64,000 bases of DNA from an uncultured Planctomycetaceae bacterium (GCA_963815195.1 CAWFGE010000020.1:320001-384000), one strand, 5' to 3'. Shown: positions 41,753 through 52,985, counted from the first letter of the stretch. Made by a program: numbers and translations. Notes: generated by a model not told the origin, from the letters alone.

Positions 41753-43315
41753 ATGAGCGGGCTTTATGATGTCATCGTGGTCGGCGGCGGCGGAAGCGGA
41801 CTGGCGGCGGCGGTCTCGGCGGCGGAACGCGGCCTGGCGGTGTTTGTGCTCGAAAAGAATCCCCAGCCCGGCGGGACGACCGGGATCGCGATCGGCTCGT
41901 TCACATCGAACCGCACCTCGCTGCAAATGGCCGCGGGCATTGGGGATTCCGCCGACGACCACGAGGCCGACGCGGGCCAGTTCGCCCCGCCGGACATCGA
42001 GGCCCGCAACTGTGAAACCCTGCGGGCGTGGTTCTTGTCGCAGTCGGCGGAGACGTTCGAATGGCTGAGGACGCTCGGCGTCTCGTTCCACGGCCCCAAC
42101 CCCGAACCGCCCAACCGCGTGCCGAGGATGCACAACGTCGTCCCGAATGCCAAAGCCTACATCCACGCCCTTTCGGCCCGGCTCAAAAAACTCGGCGGCA
42201 CGCTGCAATGTGACGCCCGCGTTCAAAAGCTGCTCGTTGAAGATGATCGAATCCAAGGCGTATCCGTTCGCATCGGCGCCGCGTCTCTCGCCTGCAAAGC
42301 CCGGCTGGGCGTGATTCTCGCCACGGGGGATTATGCGAACTCGCCTGAGATTCTCGCACGCTGGAAGGGGGAAAAATTCGCCGAGATTGAAGGCATCAAC
42401 CGCACCGCGACGGGCGAGGGGCATGTCCTCGCCGAGGACGCCGGGGCAGAGATGGTCAACATGGACATCACCTACGGCCCGGAACTCCGCTTCGTGCCGC
42501 CGCCGGCGAACAGCCTTTTCAGCCGGTTGCCCGCGAAAGGGATCTGGCCGCAGCTGGCGGGGAAGCTGTCGCCGCTCGTTCCGAAGTTTCTCCAAACCGC
42601 CATCGCCAAACGGCTGCTCGTGACCTGGCAGCATCCCGAGAATTCGCTGTTTGACGATGGGGCGATCCTCGTCAACAATCGGGGCGAACGGTTTTGCAAC
42701 GAAAAACAATCGCCGGAACGCGAAATCGCCCTCGCCCGCCAACCGGACAAATTGGGCTACATCCTGCTGGACGAGCGGTTGATCGAACGCTACTCGCGGT
42801 GGCCGAACTTCGTTTCCACCGCTCCGGAAATCGCTTATGCGTACGTCAAGGACTATTTGAAACTCCGCCCCGACGTGGCCTGCCGCGGGAAGACGCTCGC
42901 GGAGGTCGCGGACAAGCGGGGCGTTCCGCGGTTCAATTTGGAACGCACGGTCGATGCCTTCAACCGCCGGGTCCAGGGCTCCCATCATGCCGACCCTTGG
43001 GACCGCGAGGGCGATGACTTTCCCCTCGAAGGCAATCGCTGGGTGCTCTTCGGACCGGCGAAAGCCTACTTCACAACCACCGAAGGCGGCGCGCGGGTGA
43101 ATTTCGATCTCGAAGTTTTGGACGCCGGCGGAAATCCGATCCCGGGCCTGTATGCCGTCGGCCAGGTGGGGCTCGGCGGCCAAATCCTCTGGGGCCACGG
43201 CCTGCACATCGCCTGGGCCCTGACCAGCGGCCGGCTCGCGGGACAAGCCATCGGCCGCGAGGCACCCGACGCCGCGCGTCAAAAAGACGCCAAAGCCGAG
43301 TTGCCCTTGACATAG
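41753..43315 (+). CDS. FAD-dependent oxidoreductase (FAD_binding_2; fumarate reductase/3-ketosteroid dehydrogenase-like)
   Basis: DVIVVGGGGSGLAAA, GVILATGDY, TTEGGARVN...IPGLYAVGQ; AGGAGG RBS. Confidence 0.88.
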   Translation: MSGLYDVIVVGGGGSGLAAAVSAAERGLAVFVLEKNPQPGGTTGIAIGSFTSNRTSLQMAAGIGDSADDHEADAGQFAPPDIEARNCETLRAWFLSQSAETFEWLRTLGVSFHGPNPEPPNRVPRMHNVVPNAKAYIHALSARLKKLGGTLQCDARVQKLLVEDDRIQGVSVRIGAASLACKARLGVILATGDYANSPEILARWKGEKFAEIEGINRTATGEGHVLAEDAGAEMVNMDITYGPELRFVPPPANSLFSRLPAKGIWPQLAGKLSPLVPKFLQTAIAKRLLVTWQHPENSLFDDGAILVNNRGERFCNEKQSPEREIALARQPDKLGYILLDERLIERYSRWPNFVSTAPEIAYAYVKDYLKLRPDVACRGKTLAEVADKRGVPRFNLERTVDAFNRRVQGSHHADPWDREGDDFPLEGNRWVLFGPAKAYFTTTEGGARVNFDLEVLDAGGNPIPGLYAVGQVGLGGQILWGHGLHIAWALTSGRLAGQAIGREAPDAARQKDAKAELPLT

Positions 43316-43552
43316 TCAAATGGAAAGCATCGGCGCTCACCGCCAGTTCGGTCTTCCCCAGAGTCCGGGGCCGACTTCCAGCGGTCTTGTCGTTCCCGTC
43401 GCAATCTCGACAAGGAACGGGCGCGGTCCATTCGGGCCGCCATTCCTCGGTTTCCTGGCCCTCAAACAGGATCCGTTCGAGCGGCCCCAAAACGGCCGGT
43501 CTGTCGCCTTTGCGGATTGGCGTGAGGTTCCCTGTCAAATCCCTGCGGCAAG

Positions 43553-45940
43553 TCAAGGCTTGGCGATCTCCTCGAAGGTCGCGTTGCCGATGCGATACCG
43601 TTTCCAATCCTTGTCGTCGAAGTGCCACCATTCGTATTCGTAGACCGTAAAGCCCTCGGCTTCCATCGTCCGCCGGAGCAGGTCCCGATGCCACCGCTGC
43701 CGGGCGGTTCCGCCGGGATAAAGGGGAAACGAGCGCGGCGAGAACTCGTCATAGCCTGCGACCATGGGAACCGCTTTGCCGGTCTGCAAATCGTAAAGCG
43801 TGAGGTCCACCGCGCAGCCGCGATTGTGGCGGGAGCCGTGCGCGGGACTGGCGACGAAGTTTTTCAGATTATCCGGCGTGGCGTCCCAGAACATCTTCGT
43901 CACATGCCACGGGCGGTAGGCATCGTGAATCAGCAATCCCAAGCCGCGGTTTTTCAGGCGTTGATTCGCCCGGACCACGGCATCCGCGGCGGGCCGCTGC
44001 ATGAAGGCGCGGGCGGTTTTGTAACACACCGCTCCGGTGAAGTTGTTGTTCGTCGCGTAGCGAATGTCCCGGCGAATCGTCGGATCGAGCGAAGTCAACT
44101 CCACAAGATCCGCTTCGCGAAAGTCGCCCGGCTCCCGGGGCGGCTTCGCTGCCAACGCCGCGGCGCGAAGCTCGTCGATCGGCTTCACGGGCCGGATCTT
44201 GAAGGTCTCCCCGTCTTTGGTGCCGACTTCGCGGCGCACGAACCGGACTTCCGCCGCGACCACGTCCCTGGCGACGCCCTCGGCATTGCGGGAGAACTTC
44301 AGATGCTCCCCGTGATAGAGGCCATAGTCCGGAAACTCGAACACATCCTCGCGGACTTCCTGCAATGGATAGTAATAGAACCACTCGATCAAAGCATACA
44401 GCCGCCCGTCCTCTTCCAGAATGTAGAGCGTGTTGTGGTCCCAGCCGTATTCCCCGATCAGGCCTTTCCAGCGATCGGGAACTTCCGCCGGCGGCACGTC
44501 GGGCAAACGGTCAAACTCAATGCCGTCGACAATCAGCCGGTCTCCGTCCTCAAGTTTGACTTCCATGCCGAACCCCGTCGGATCGTCGGTGAGGATCACG
44601 CCGTCATCCGCGGCCGCGCGAAGATCGTAGCGGAACACGCCGCGCTGCATGAAGAGATTGCCATTTAGCTCATTGATTCGCGTAAACCGCCGGCCGCCGG
44701 CTTCCCGGTATTTGCCAATCAGCTCTTTCGCCCGCGAAGGCGGAACGGGGCCGGTCATGCGATAAGCGGGCAATGGTTTTCCGTCTTTCGCGGCGATCAA
44801 GAGTCGCAGCGCGTAATCCGCGAGCCGGCGAACCACCCCATTGCTGCCGTCCAGCGAAGACACCGCGGCCACGCCGACCTGCCGATCGGGAATCGCTTCG
44901 AGTTGCGTCGAGAACCCATACACTGCCCCGCCGTGGCCGATTTTTTTATAGCCGTCGAGATCCTGCACGTGAAACCCCAACCCGAATTCCTGCGGTTTCC
45001 CGTCGGCGTCGTTGAGGGCGGTCGTCATCTGGCGGAAGGTTTCGGGTTTCAAGATCCGGCCGGTTTCGGTTTTCCCCTCGTGGAACAGACATACGAGAAA
45101 CTTCGAGAGATCGAGCACGCTGGAGTAGAGATTCCCCGCCGGCCCGGTCCCCAAGAGAAACGTCGGCGCTTCGAATCGCCGGCCGTCGTACGTCCGCATC
45201 CAACCCGTCGCCAGTTTCGGTTTGACGGCGGGCGTGACGACAAAGCTGCTCCCGGTCATCTTCAGCGGATCGAGAATCGTCCGCCTCACGCGCTCCGGGT
45301 GCGACACGTCCAATTGCTTTTCCAGCACCGCTCCCACGACGGCGATCGCGGCGTTGGAGTATTTGGTTTTGGTCTCGGGCTTGTAGATGAGCGAGGTTTG
45401 ATTGAGGCTCGCCACGGTGTCCGCGAGGCTGGGTTCGTCGGGATCGAAATAATGGCCGACGGGCGATTCCCGCACCAGGCCCGAACGATGGGACATCAAC
45501 TGCCGGAGCGTGATGGGTATGCCGTGGGGATTCTTCGGCCGGAACTCCGGCAGATAGGTTTGGACCGGCGCATCCAGATCGAGTTTTCCGTCTTCCGCCG
45601 ATTGCATCACCGCGATGTCGGTGAACAACTTCGAGACCGACCCCACGCGGTACACCGTCTCCGCCGTCGCGGGGACTTTGCGGTTCGCATCCTGAAAACC
45701 AAATCCCTCCGCCCAAACGATGCGGTCCTTGTCCACGAGCGAAATCGAAAACGCGGGAAGCTGCTTTTGCTCCACTTCGTAACGGACCGCCGTTTTGAGC
45801 TTCTCAATCACAGGGGCATAATCCGCCGGGGCGTCCGCGGCTTGGGTGGGAGGCGAAACAGGGTCGGCCATCAAGGGGATTCCTTGCAATAAGATCACGA
45901 CTGCCCCACCCAGCACGGCCTGTCGGATTTTCATGGTCAT
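43553..45940 (-). CDS. Serine hydrolase (beta-lactamase family) fused to M15 D-Ala-D-Ala dipeptidase (VanX-like)
   Basis: SVSK, YSN and HGG motifs; C-terminal DAYRP, SRHNRGCAVD, EWWHF. Confidence 0.9.
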   Translation of the reverse strand: MTMKIRQAVLGGAVVILLQGIPLMADPVSPPTQAADAPADYAPVIEKLKTAVRYEVEQKQLPAFSISLVDKDRIVWAEGFGFQDANRKVPATAETVYRVGSVSKLFTDIAVMQSAEDGKLDLDAPVQTYLPEFRPKNPHGIPITLRQLMSHRSGLVRESPVGHYFDPDEPSLADTVASLNQTSLIYKPETKTKYSNAAIAVVGAVLEKQLDVSHPERVRRTILDPLKMTGSSFVVTPAVKPKLATGWMRTYDGRRFEAPTFLLGTGPAGNLYSSVLDLSKFLVCLFHEGKTETGRILKPETFRQMTTALNDADGKPQEFGLGFHVQDLDGYKKIGHGGAVYGFSTQLEAIPDRQVGVAAVSSLDGSNGVVRRLADYALRLLIAAKDGKPLPAYRMTGPVPPSRAKELIGKYREAGGRRFTRINELNGNLFMQRGVFRYDLRAAADDGVILTDDPTGFGMEVKLEDGDRLIVDGIEFDRLPDVPPAEVPDRWKGLIGEYGWDHNTLYILEEDGRLYALIEWFYYYPLQEVREDVFEFPDYGLYHGEHLKFSRNAEGVARDVVAAEVRFVRREVGTKDGETFKIRPVKPIDELRAAALAAKPPREPGDFREADLVELTSLDPTIRRDIRYATNNNFTGAVCYKTARAFMQRPAADAVVRANQRLKNRGLGLLIHDAYRPWHVTKMFWDATPDNLKNFVASPAHGSRHNRGCAVDLTLYDLQTGKAVPMVAGYDEFSPRSFPLYPGGTARQRWHRDLLRRTMEAEGFTVYEYEWWHFDDKDWKRYRIGNATFEEIAKP

Positions 45941-46145
45941 TCGCTTTCCCCGTCAAAAACTCTGAATCGAGGCGGTGCAAGAAAATTCGCCGCAGGGCGC
46001 TAGCCGCGCTAGCCCCGGTTGATGTGGTTTTCCCGGTCTTTCGTTCCGGCTGATCAATGCAGTCATCTTACAGATTGGGTCTCGGATCAAAGACATGCTT
46101 TCCAAGACGATACCACTCCTCACGCCGCGCGACAACAAGCGGCGG

Positions 46146-48029
46146 CTACTCGGCGAGTTCTTCCAGCGATTCCCAGCGGGCATAGACTCCCGCGAGCTCG
46201 GCTTGGAGCGCTTCAAAGCGGGCTTTGACTTCTGCGATTTCCTGCCCGTCCTGGCGATAGAATTCCGGATCGGCGAGCGCGGCTTCGAGTTCCGCCTGCT
46301 CGGTTTCCAGCTTTTCAATCCGGGCGGGAAGCTCGGCGAGTTCCCGCTGCTCGTTGTAGGACAGCTTGCGCGGCCGATCCGCGCCTCGGCGGGGTTTTTC
46401 CGGTTTGGCGGCCGGTTTCCCGGCTTCGATATTTGCGGACCGGGTGCGGAGCCAATCATCGTATCCGCCGTCGTACTCTTTGAAGGTCCCATCGCCTTCA
46501 TAAGCCAGCGTGCTGGTGACGACGTTGTTCAAAAACGCCCGGTCGTGGCTGACCAACAGCAGCGTGCCTTGGTATTCCCCCAACAACTCTTCGAGGAGTT
46601 CCAAAGTCTCGGTGTCGAGATCGTTGGTGGGTTCGTCGAGCACGAGCACATTCGAAGGTTTGGTCAACAGCTTCGCAAATAGAAGGCGATTGCGTTCGCC
46701 GCCGGAGAGAAACCGCACGAGGCTGCGGGCCCGTTCCGGGGTGAACAGAAAATCCTGAAGATAGCCCAGCACGTGCCGGCGCTGGCCGTTGATGAGAATC
46801 TGCTCGCTGCCGTCGCCGACGTTTTCCTGGGCGGTTTTGTCCTCGTCCAGTTGGGCGCGGAGTTGGTCGAAATAGGCGACTTGCAGATTGGTGCCGATCC
46901 GGAGCGTGCCGGAGTCCGGCTCGAGTTCACCGAGCAACAGCCTGAGGAGCGTCGTCTTGCCGCAGCCGTTGGGACCGATGAGCCCCACGCGGTCGCCGCG
47001 AATGAGCGTCAGCGAAAGATCCCGCACGATCGGCCGGCCGGCATAGGCAAAGTTGACGTTCTCGGCTTCCAGGATCAATTGCCCCGACCGCTCGGCGGCT
47101 TGGGCCTGCATCCGCACGTTGCCGACTTTCGTCTTTCGCTGCCGGCGTTCTTCGCGGAGCTTTTGAAGCGCCCGCACCCGGCCTTCGTTCCGCGTGCGGC
47201 GGGCTTTGATGCCCTGGCGAATCCAGCGTTCCTCCTCGGCGAGCTTTTTGTCGAAGAGATCCTCCTGCCGGGCCTCGGCTTCGAGGAATTCCTCCTTGCG
47301 TTTGAGGAACGTCTGATAATCGCAGCTCCAATCGAACAGCCGGCCGCGTTCGATTTCGATAATCCGCGTTGCGAGCCTTTGCAAGAAAACGCGATCGTGC
47401 GTCACGAAAATCAGCGCGCCCGGATATTTCGCCAAAAAGTCCTCGAGCCACGTGATGGACTCGATGTCCAAATGGTTGGTCGGCTCGTCGAGCAAGAGAA
47501 TTTCCGGCTCCAAGACCAAAGCTTGGGCCAAGAGCACCCGGCGTTTCATCCCAGACGAAAGCGATTTGAAAAGGGCGTCGGCGTTCAAACTCATGCGGGA
47601 CAAAATGCGGTCCACGAGTTGATGGCTGTCCCAGCCGCCCGAGGTGTCCAGTTCGTGCTGCAAGCGGTCGAGCCGATTCGCCAGGCGGTCGTCTGGCGTC
47701 TGGGCGTATTGCTGGGTGAGATGATGATAGGCCGCAAGCCGCTCGCCGACATCCCCCAAACCGGCCGCGACGACATCATAGATCGATCCATGTTCGCCGG
47801 CGGGCACTTCCTGCGTGAGCCGAGCGGTCCGCAGTCCGGGCTGCCTTTGGAATTCGCCGTCGTCGGGGTCCATCTCGCCGGCGATAACTTTCATCAACGT
47901 CGATTTGCCCGCACCGTTTCGCCCCAACAGCCCGATCCGCTCTCCCGGTTCAATAATGAGGGAAATGCCGTCGAGCAAAGGCGGCCCGCCGTAACCGATT
48001 TTCGCATCCTTGAGACTGACGAGGGGCAT
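46146..48029 (-). CDS. uup: ABC-F family ATPase Uup
   Basis: Two ABC domains (GRNGAGKST, GPNGCGKTT), WIRQGIKARRTRNEGRVRAL linker, C-terminal KLSYNEQRELAELP coiled coil. Confidence 0.92.
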   Translation of the reverse strand: MPLVSLKDAKIGYGGPPLLDGISLIIEPGERIGLLGRNGAGKSTLMKVIAGEMDPDDGEFQRQPGLRTARLTQEVPAGEHGSIYDVVAAGLGDVGERLAAYHHLTQQYAQTPDDRLANRLDRLQHELDTSGGWDSHQLVDRILSRMSLNADALFKSLSSGMKRRVLLAQALVLEPEILLLDEPTNHLDIESITWLEDFLAKYPGALIFVTHDRVFLQRLATRIIEIERGRLFDWSCDYQTFLKRKEEFLEAEARQEDLFDKKLAEEERWIRQGIKARRTRNEGRVRALQKLREERRQRKTKVGNVRMQAQAAERSGQLILEAENVNFAYAGRPIVRDLSLTLIRGDRVGLIGPNGCGKTTLLRLLLGELEPDSGTLRIGTNLQVAYFDQLRAQLDEDKTAQENVGDGSEQILINGQRRHVLGYLQDFLFTPERARSLVRFLSGGERNRLLFAKLLTKPSNVLVLDEPTNDLDTETLELLEELLGEYQGTLLLVSHDRAFLNNVVTSTLAYEGDGTFKEYDGGYDDWLRTRSANIEAGKPAAKPEKPRRGADRPRKLSYNEQRELAELPARIEKLETEQAELEAALADPEFYRQDGQEIAEVKARFEALQAELAGVYARWESLEELAE

Positions 48030-48322
48030 GTTTTTTTTGGGGAGGAGCAAAGGCCACACAGGCCACAAAGAGGCAAAGGGAAGGATAGGGGGAATCATAG
48101 GAGATGGAATTGCCGACGGCTACCGTCGATGGGAAAGCGGAATACGGCTACTGGTGTTGCGTGGGGAGTTTCGGTAGGATTCTGTCAGACGGCGAAGATC
48201 CCCGGCGGCGGTTTTTGCGTTGGGGAGAAACAGGCCGCTCGATTCAGGCGGAGCGGTCGGATCGTTCTCGCAAGTTCTCAGAAAACAGGGAGACCCACGT
48301 GATTGCACCGGGAGTTTTCGAA

Positions 48323-50269
48323 ATGTCGTTTTTGATGTTGATGTTTGGTGGAATGTTCGGCGGGGGCGTGTTGGGATTGCCGCCCGGAGAACGGGACGCC
48401 GCCTTCGTGCAGTGCCCGCCCAAAGATGTAATTCTCTATACCGAATGGGCCTCGCGCGGGAAAGGCAAGCCGGGGGCCGCGGGAATCGACGGCTTCGCGG
48501 CCGACCCGGAGGTGCTCGCGTTCATCGCCGCCATCGACAAAGCCATCCACGACACGATCGACGCCATGCCAGGCGACCAAAAGGTGCTCGGGCAGAACAT
48601 CCCGCCTCTGGTGAAGCTCCTCTTAAACCGTCCGGGCTGCGTGTATGTGGACGTGGACGCGAAGTCGGCGGTGAAGCTGATGGCCGAACCGCCGAAGCTC
48701 CCGCCGTTCATACCGCCGCAATTCGGAATGCTCCCCGCCGCGCAGGCGACCGTGATCTTCAATGGCGGGGACGACGCCGACGCGATTGCCAAGCATCTCC
48801 AAGCCCTGTGCAAATTGCTTCCCGAATCGCAGCGGGCCGAGAACCTCAAGCATCAAAAGTTCCCGACGCCCCTCGAAGGCGCGAGCATGGAACTGCACCG
48901 CCACAAAAACTATTTCATCCTGGGATGGGGCAAAGACACCGTGGACGCGGCGATCAAGGGACTTTCCGGCGAATCGCAGGGCCTCAAGGACAATCCCCGC
49001 TTTGAATCCGCGATGGAAAAAGTCACCCTGGAGCGCACCGCGAGCGTGACTTGGATCGATATGAAAAGCCTGGTGAAAAAAGCCGTGGAAGGCCTGGGCC
49101 CGCAGGGCCTGGTGGTCGCCGCGGTGATGCAGCAGTTGGGGGCCGAGTCCATCGAATCGCTCGCCGTCTGCACAGGCATCGTGGACGGGCAGATGCATTC
49201 GCGGGCCTTTCTTTATACCGGCGGCAAGACCGAAGGCATTTTGGCCCTCGCCGCGGGCCGGCCGCTCAAAGCCTCCGACTTTGCCCAGGTGCCCGAAGAT
49301 GCCGACCTCGCCCTCGGCTTCAGCCTCGACGCGGCAAAGGTGCTCGAGACCGCGCAGAGAATCGTCGGCCAGGCCGACCCGCAATCGAAGCAGGTGTTCG
49401 ATCAGATCATCGCCGAGTTGGAAAAAGAACTCGGCCTGAGCTTCAATGACGACATCTTCCAAGCCTTCGGCAACGCCTGGGTGCTTTACGATTCGCCCTC
49501 GAACGGCGGCATCCTGGCGACGGCTCCCGTGTTGGGCTGGGAAGTCACCGACCACGCCAAGGCCCAGGTCGCGTTTGAAAAATTCATGGAGGTCCTCAAA
49601 CGCGCTTTGCCGCCGATGAGCGAGGGCCGGTTCCCCCGCGGCGTGAAGCTGACGAAAAAGACGTTTCTCGATCACGACATTTACTTCATCAATTCCGTGG
49701 GCCGGGTCGACGCGCCCTTCGCCCCCGCGTTCACTTTGACCAAAAACCAACTGCTCGTCGCCCTCTTTCCGCAGACGCTCAAATCGCATTTGCGGTTCTT
49801 GAACTCGAAGCAGGGCCGGTTCGAGGCGAAATTCGACGAAAAAATCAAAAACGGCGGCGGCGAATTGTTCGCGGTGAGCTACAGCCGGCCCGAATTGTTC
49901 TCCCGGTACGTCGTGACGGTTCTGCCGATGATGGGCACCGCCATGTTTGCCGAAATGCAGCGCGAGGTGCAGGGCTTGGACCTGTTTGAAATGCCCTCGG
50001 CCCGCGCCATCCTGCCTTACGTCGGCGAAGGACTCATCACCAAGGAACGCACCGAAGACGGCATCCTCGTGAATTACCGGCACGGCATTCCCATCCCGGG
50101 CGTGTCTTCGATGATGCTCACGATGCCCGTCTTCGGTTGGGCAAGTTTTCGGGTCCGGCGAATGGAGGCTCCGAGGGCCGTGCCCGCAATTCAGATCAAC
50201 CAGCACGTCCCCCAGTCCCCGCCGAAAGAAATCCGCCGCGGAAAAATCCCCCGAGCAACGGCCTCCTGA
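48323..50269 (+). CDS. Conserved hypothetical protein (DUF3352-like)
   Basis: Long ORF with host-like codon usage; family call tentative. Confidence 0.6.
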   Translation: MSFLMLMFGGMFGGGVLGLPPGERDAAFVQCPPKDVILYTEWASRGKGKPGAAGIDGFAADPEVLAFIAAIDKAIHDTIDAMPGDQKVLGQNIPPLVKLLLNRPGCVYVDVDAKSAVKLMAEPPKLPPFIPPQFGMLPAAQATVIFNGGDDADAIAKHLQALCKLLPESQRAENLKHQKFPTPLEGASMELHRHKNYFILGWGKDTVDAAIKGLSGESQGLKDNPRFESAMEKVTLERTASVTWIDMKSLVKKAVEGLGPQGLVVAAVMQQLGAESIESLAVCTGIVDGQMHSRAFLYTGGKTEGILALAAGRPLKASDFAQVPEDADLALGFSLDAAKVLETAQRIVGQADPQSKQVFDQIIAELEKELGLSFNDDIFQAFGNAWVLYDSPSNGGILATAPVLGWEVTDHAKAQVAFEKFMEVLKRALPPMSEGRFPRGVKLTKKTFLDHDIYFINSVGRVDAPFAPAFTLTKNQLLVALFPQTLKSHLRFLNSKQGRFEAKFDEKIKNGGGELFAVSYSRPELFSRYVVTVLPMMGTAMFAEMQREVQGLDLFEMPSARAILPYVGEGLITKERTEDGILVNYRHGIPIPGVSSMMLTMPVFGWASFRVRRMEAPRAVPAIQINQHVPQSPPKEIRRGKIPRATAS

Positions 50270-50289
50270 GCATCCCAGAGAAACGACCC

Positions 50290-51592
50290 ATGCCGGAGAC
50301 GCCTGCCGATCGACTCAGCCGCGCGGAACTCGAAGCCGGGCAGTTGGCCCGGCTTCGGGATTTGCTGGCGGAACTGCTGCCGGCCAATCCGTTTTGGACG
50401 CAGAAATTTCGCGCGGCTGACGATCGAAGCGGGCGACGTGCGGACGATGGAGGACTTCCGCCGACTGCCTTTCGTCACCAAAACGGAACTGGTGGACGAT
50501 CAAGCTGCCCATCCTCCGTACGGCACGAACCTGACGTATCCGCTCGTCGGCTATTCCCGGTTGCATCAAACCTCCGGCACGACCACCGGGCAACCCATGC
50601 GCTGGCTCGACACCCCGGCGAGCTGGAACTGGCTGATGCACTCTTGGGCGGAAATCTTTCGCCTGATTGAACTTGCGTCCGAAGACCGGCTGGCGTTTCC
50701 ATTTTCCTTCGGGCCGTTCATCGGGTTTTGGGCAGCGTTCGAGGGCGCGAATCGGCTGGGCAATTTGTGTCTTTCCGGCGGCGGCATGAGCAGCCAGGCT
50801 CGCCTCCGGCTCATCGAGGACAACCAAGCCACAATCGTTTGCTGCACCCCGACTTACGCCCTGCGATTGGCCGAGGTCGCTGCGGGAGAAGGGATCGATT
50901 TGGCCAGCGGTCCCGTGCGCGGGTTGGTGGTCGCGGGCGAACCGGGCGGGAGCATTCCCGCCACGCGATCCCGCATCGAAACCGCATGGGGTGCCAGGGT
51001 TTACGACCACTGGGGCATGACAGAACTCGGTGCGATCGCCGTCGAACCACACAACCGGCCCGGCGGATTGACGGTGCTGGAAAGCGAAGTCATCGCGGAG
51101 ATCCTCGACCCCGAAACGTCCAAGCCCGTCGAACCGGGCCGGGAAGGGGAACTGGTCGTCACCAACCTGGGCCGGCTCGGTTCGCCTTTGATTCGCTACC
51201 GCACCGGCGATCTGGTCCGGGCCGCGACTGTTGCGTCTCCGACCGGTCGCACCTGGCTGCACCTCGAAGGCGGGATTTTGGGTCGAGCCGACGACATGCT
51301 GACGATCCGGGGCAACAATGTCTTCCCCTCGAGCCTGGAAGCGATTCTGCGGCAGTTTGACGAAGTGGCGGAGTATCGCATCGAAGTCCGCACCGAACGC
51401 GAAATGCACCGCCTCAAACTGGAAATCGAACCCTCTCCCCAAGCGGCAGACCGGGTGGAAAACCTCCTTGCCCGCATCCGCCGGACGATCAAGGACCGCT
51501 TGAATTTCCAGCCCGACGTGGCGGCGGTCGCCCCCGGCAGCCTGCCCCGCTTCGAACTCAAAGGCCGCCGCTTCTTCCGCGCCCCCGATTAA
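50290..51592 (+). CDS. Phenylacetate-CoA ligase family protein; frameshift at ~50417
   Basis: MPETPADRLSRAELEAGQLARL... then LPFVTKTEL, HQTSGTTTG, DHWGMTE, IRYRTGD, GRADDML. Confidence 0.85.
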
Positions 51593-51804
51593 AAAAACGC
51601 GAAATGAGGACTTTTTGAAATTTTCCCCAATTTCGGCGGATTAAGTTGCATATTGCCCGGGAAATTGCGACAATTCTTCCATCACCCTCGTACGCTTGGG
51701 ATTTTGGTGCGAGTGGTGATTTCGTTTTGCCCCCCCAGCCTCGTCGGGTTCTCCGCATTTTTGCCCGGCGAGGCATCTTTTATTTCATGCCCACTTAAGC
51801 GACA

Positions 51805-52458
51805 TCACTCCCCAATCCGCACCCGCGGCCCCGCAATGGTGAGTCTCCCTTCGGCGAAGAGTTGGACGCAGGCGGGATAAAGCGCACACTCCGCCGCAAA
51901 GACCCTGGCCGCTAGGGTTTCCGGCGTGTCATCCTCCAAGACCGGCACGCAGCGCTGTTGGATGATCGGCCCGTGATCATAGACGTTGTCCGCAAAATGC
52001 ACCGTGCAACCGCTGACTTTGACGCCCCGCGCGAGGACCGCCTCGTGCACACGTCGCCCGTAAAACCCCTGCCCCGAAAACGCGGGCACGAGGGCGGGGT
52101 GAATATTCAGCACGCGAAACCGAAAATCGTCGGGAATCTCGATCAGCGACAAAAACCCGCTGAGCGCGACGAGATCCACCTGGGCATCCCGCAAATGATC
52201 GAAAATCGCCCGGCTGAACGTGCGAGTTTCCGCAAAGTCCCGCCGGGCCGCGACTTCGCACCGCAGTCCCGCCGCCCGCGCTTTGGCCACTCCGCCGCAA
52301 TCGGAGCGGCTGGCGATGACCACGGCGACCTCCGCCGAGAGCCGGCCGTCTTCGATGGATTTCAGAAAATTCGTCAGCGTCGTGCCGCCGCCGGAAATCA
52401 ACACCCCCAAACGCAGGGGCCGATCGAAAGCGGTCTCGAGGGGGCGGATTTCAGCCAT
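51805..52458 (-). CDS. purN: Phosphoribosylglycinamide formyltransferase
   Basis: LGVLISGGGTTL, LNIHPALVPAF, SGCTVHFADNVYDHGPII. Confidence 0.95.
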   Translation of the reverse strand: MAEIRPLETAFDRPLRLGVLISGGGTTLTNFLKSIEDGRLSAEVAVVIASRSDCGGVAKARAAGLRCEVAARRDFAETRTFSRAIFDHLRDAQVDLVALSGFLSLIEIPDDFRFRVLNIHPALVPAFSGQGFYGRRVHEAVLARGVKVSGCTVHFADNVYDHGPIIQQRCVPVLEDDTPETLAARVFAAECALYPACVQLFAEGRLTIAGPRVRIGE

Positions 52459-52485
52459 CGGAGGATCGAACTTTAGAGTCGGCGG

Positions 52486-52797
52486 TCAGAGCAGGACAAT
52501 CAATCCCGCCATGCTAGCGATCCGCCGGTAAACCGCCAAGACTTGCTCGGCAGTTTCGACGACCGGTTCCAGCGTCACCGAGATATGCCGGCCGCTCGCC
52601 GTTTGGCAAAACCGGTGCGGCGGATCGATTTCCTGCCGCAATTCTTCGCGGACCCCGGCCACCACGCGGGCGGCAAAACCCCCGTCCACCCGTCCGATGG
52701 CTTTGAAGACATAGGCACAAGGAAACCGATGCGTGCGATTGAGCAACTCCACGGGAGGCAAATTCGATTTCAAAGACCAGCTCCTATTAAAAAGCAT
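52486..52797 (-). CDS. DUF493/YbeD-like protein (start uncertain)
   Basis: HRFPCAYVFKAIG...TASGRHISVTL...EQVLAVYRRI. Confidence 0.75.
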   Translation of the reverse strand: MLFNRSWSLKSNLPPVELLNRTHRFPCAYVFKAIGRVDGGFAARVVAGVREELRQEIDPPHRFCQTASGRHISVTLEPVVETAEQVLAVYRRIASMAGLIVLL

Positions 52798-52985
52798 CAA
52801 GCAAAAAGCCGCTCCTTCCATCCTCTCAGGCAGCCTCGCACTTATCAAGCACCCATTTCCGAGAGCCCGCCGCTTCCGGAACTTCCGTCCCAAAACAGTG
52901 GCAGGACACCTGGGACATCGCGCCCCGCGGCATCAGGTTTTTCCGTCCCGTCCCCCACCCGCGAAGGAGTTGCGGCATGCGGAAA

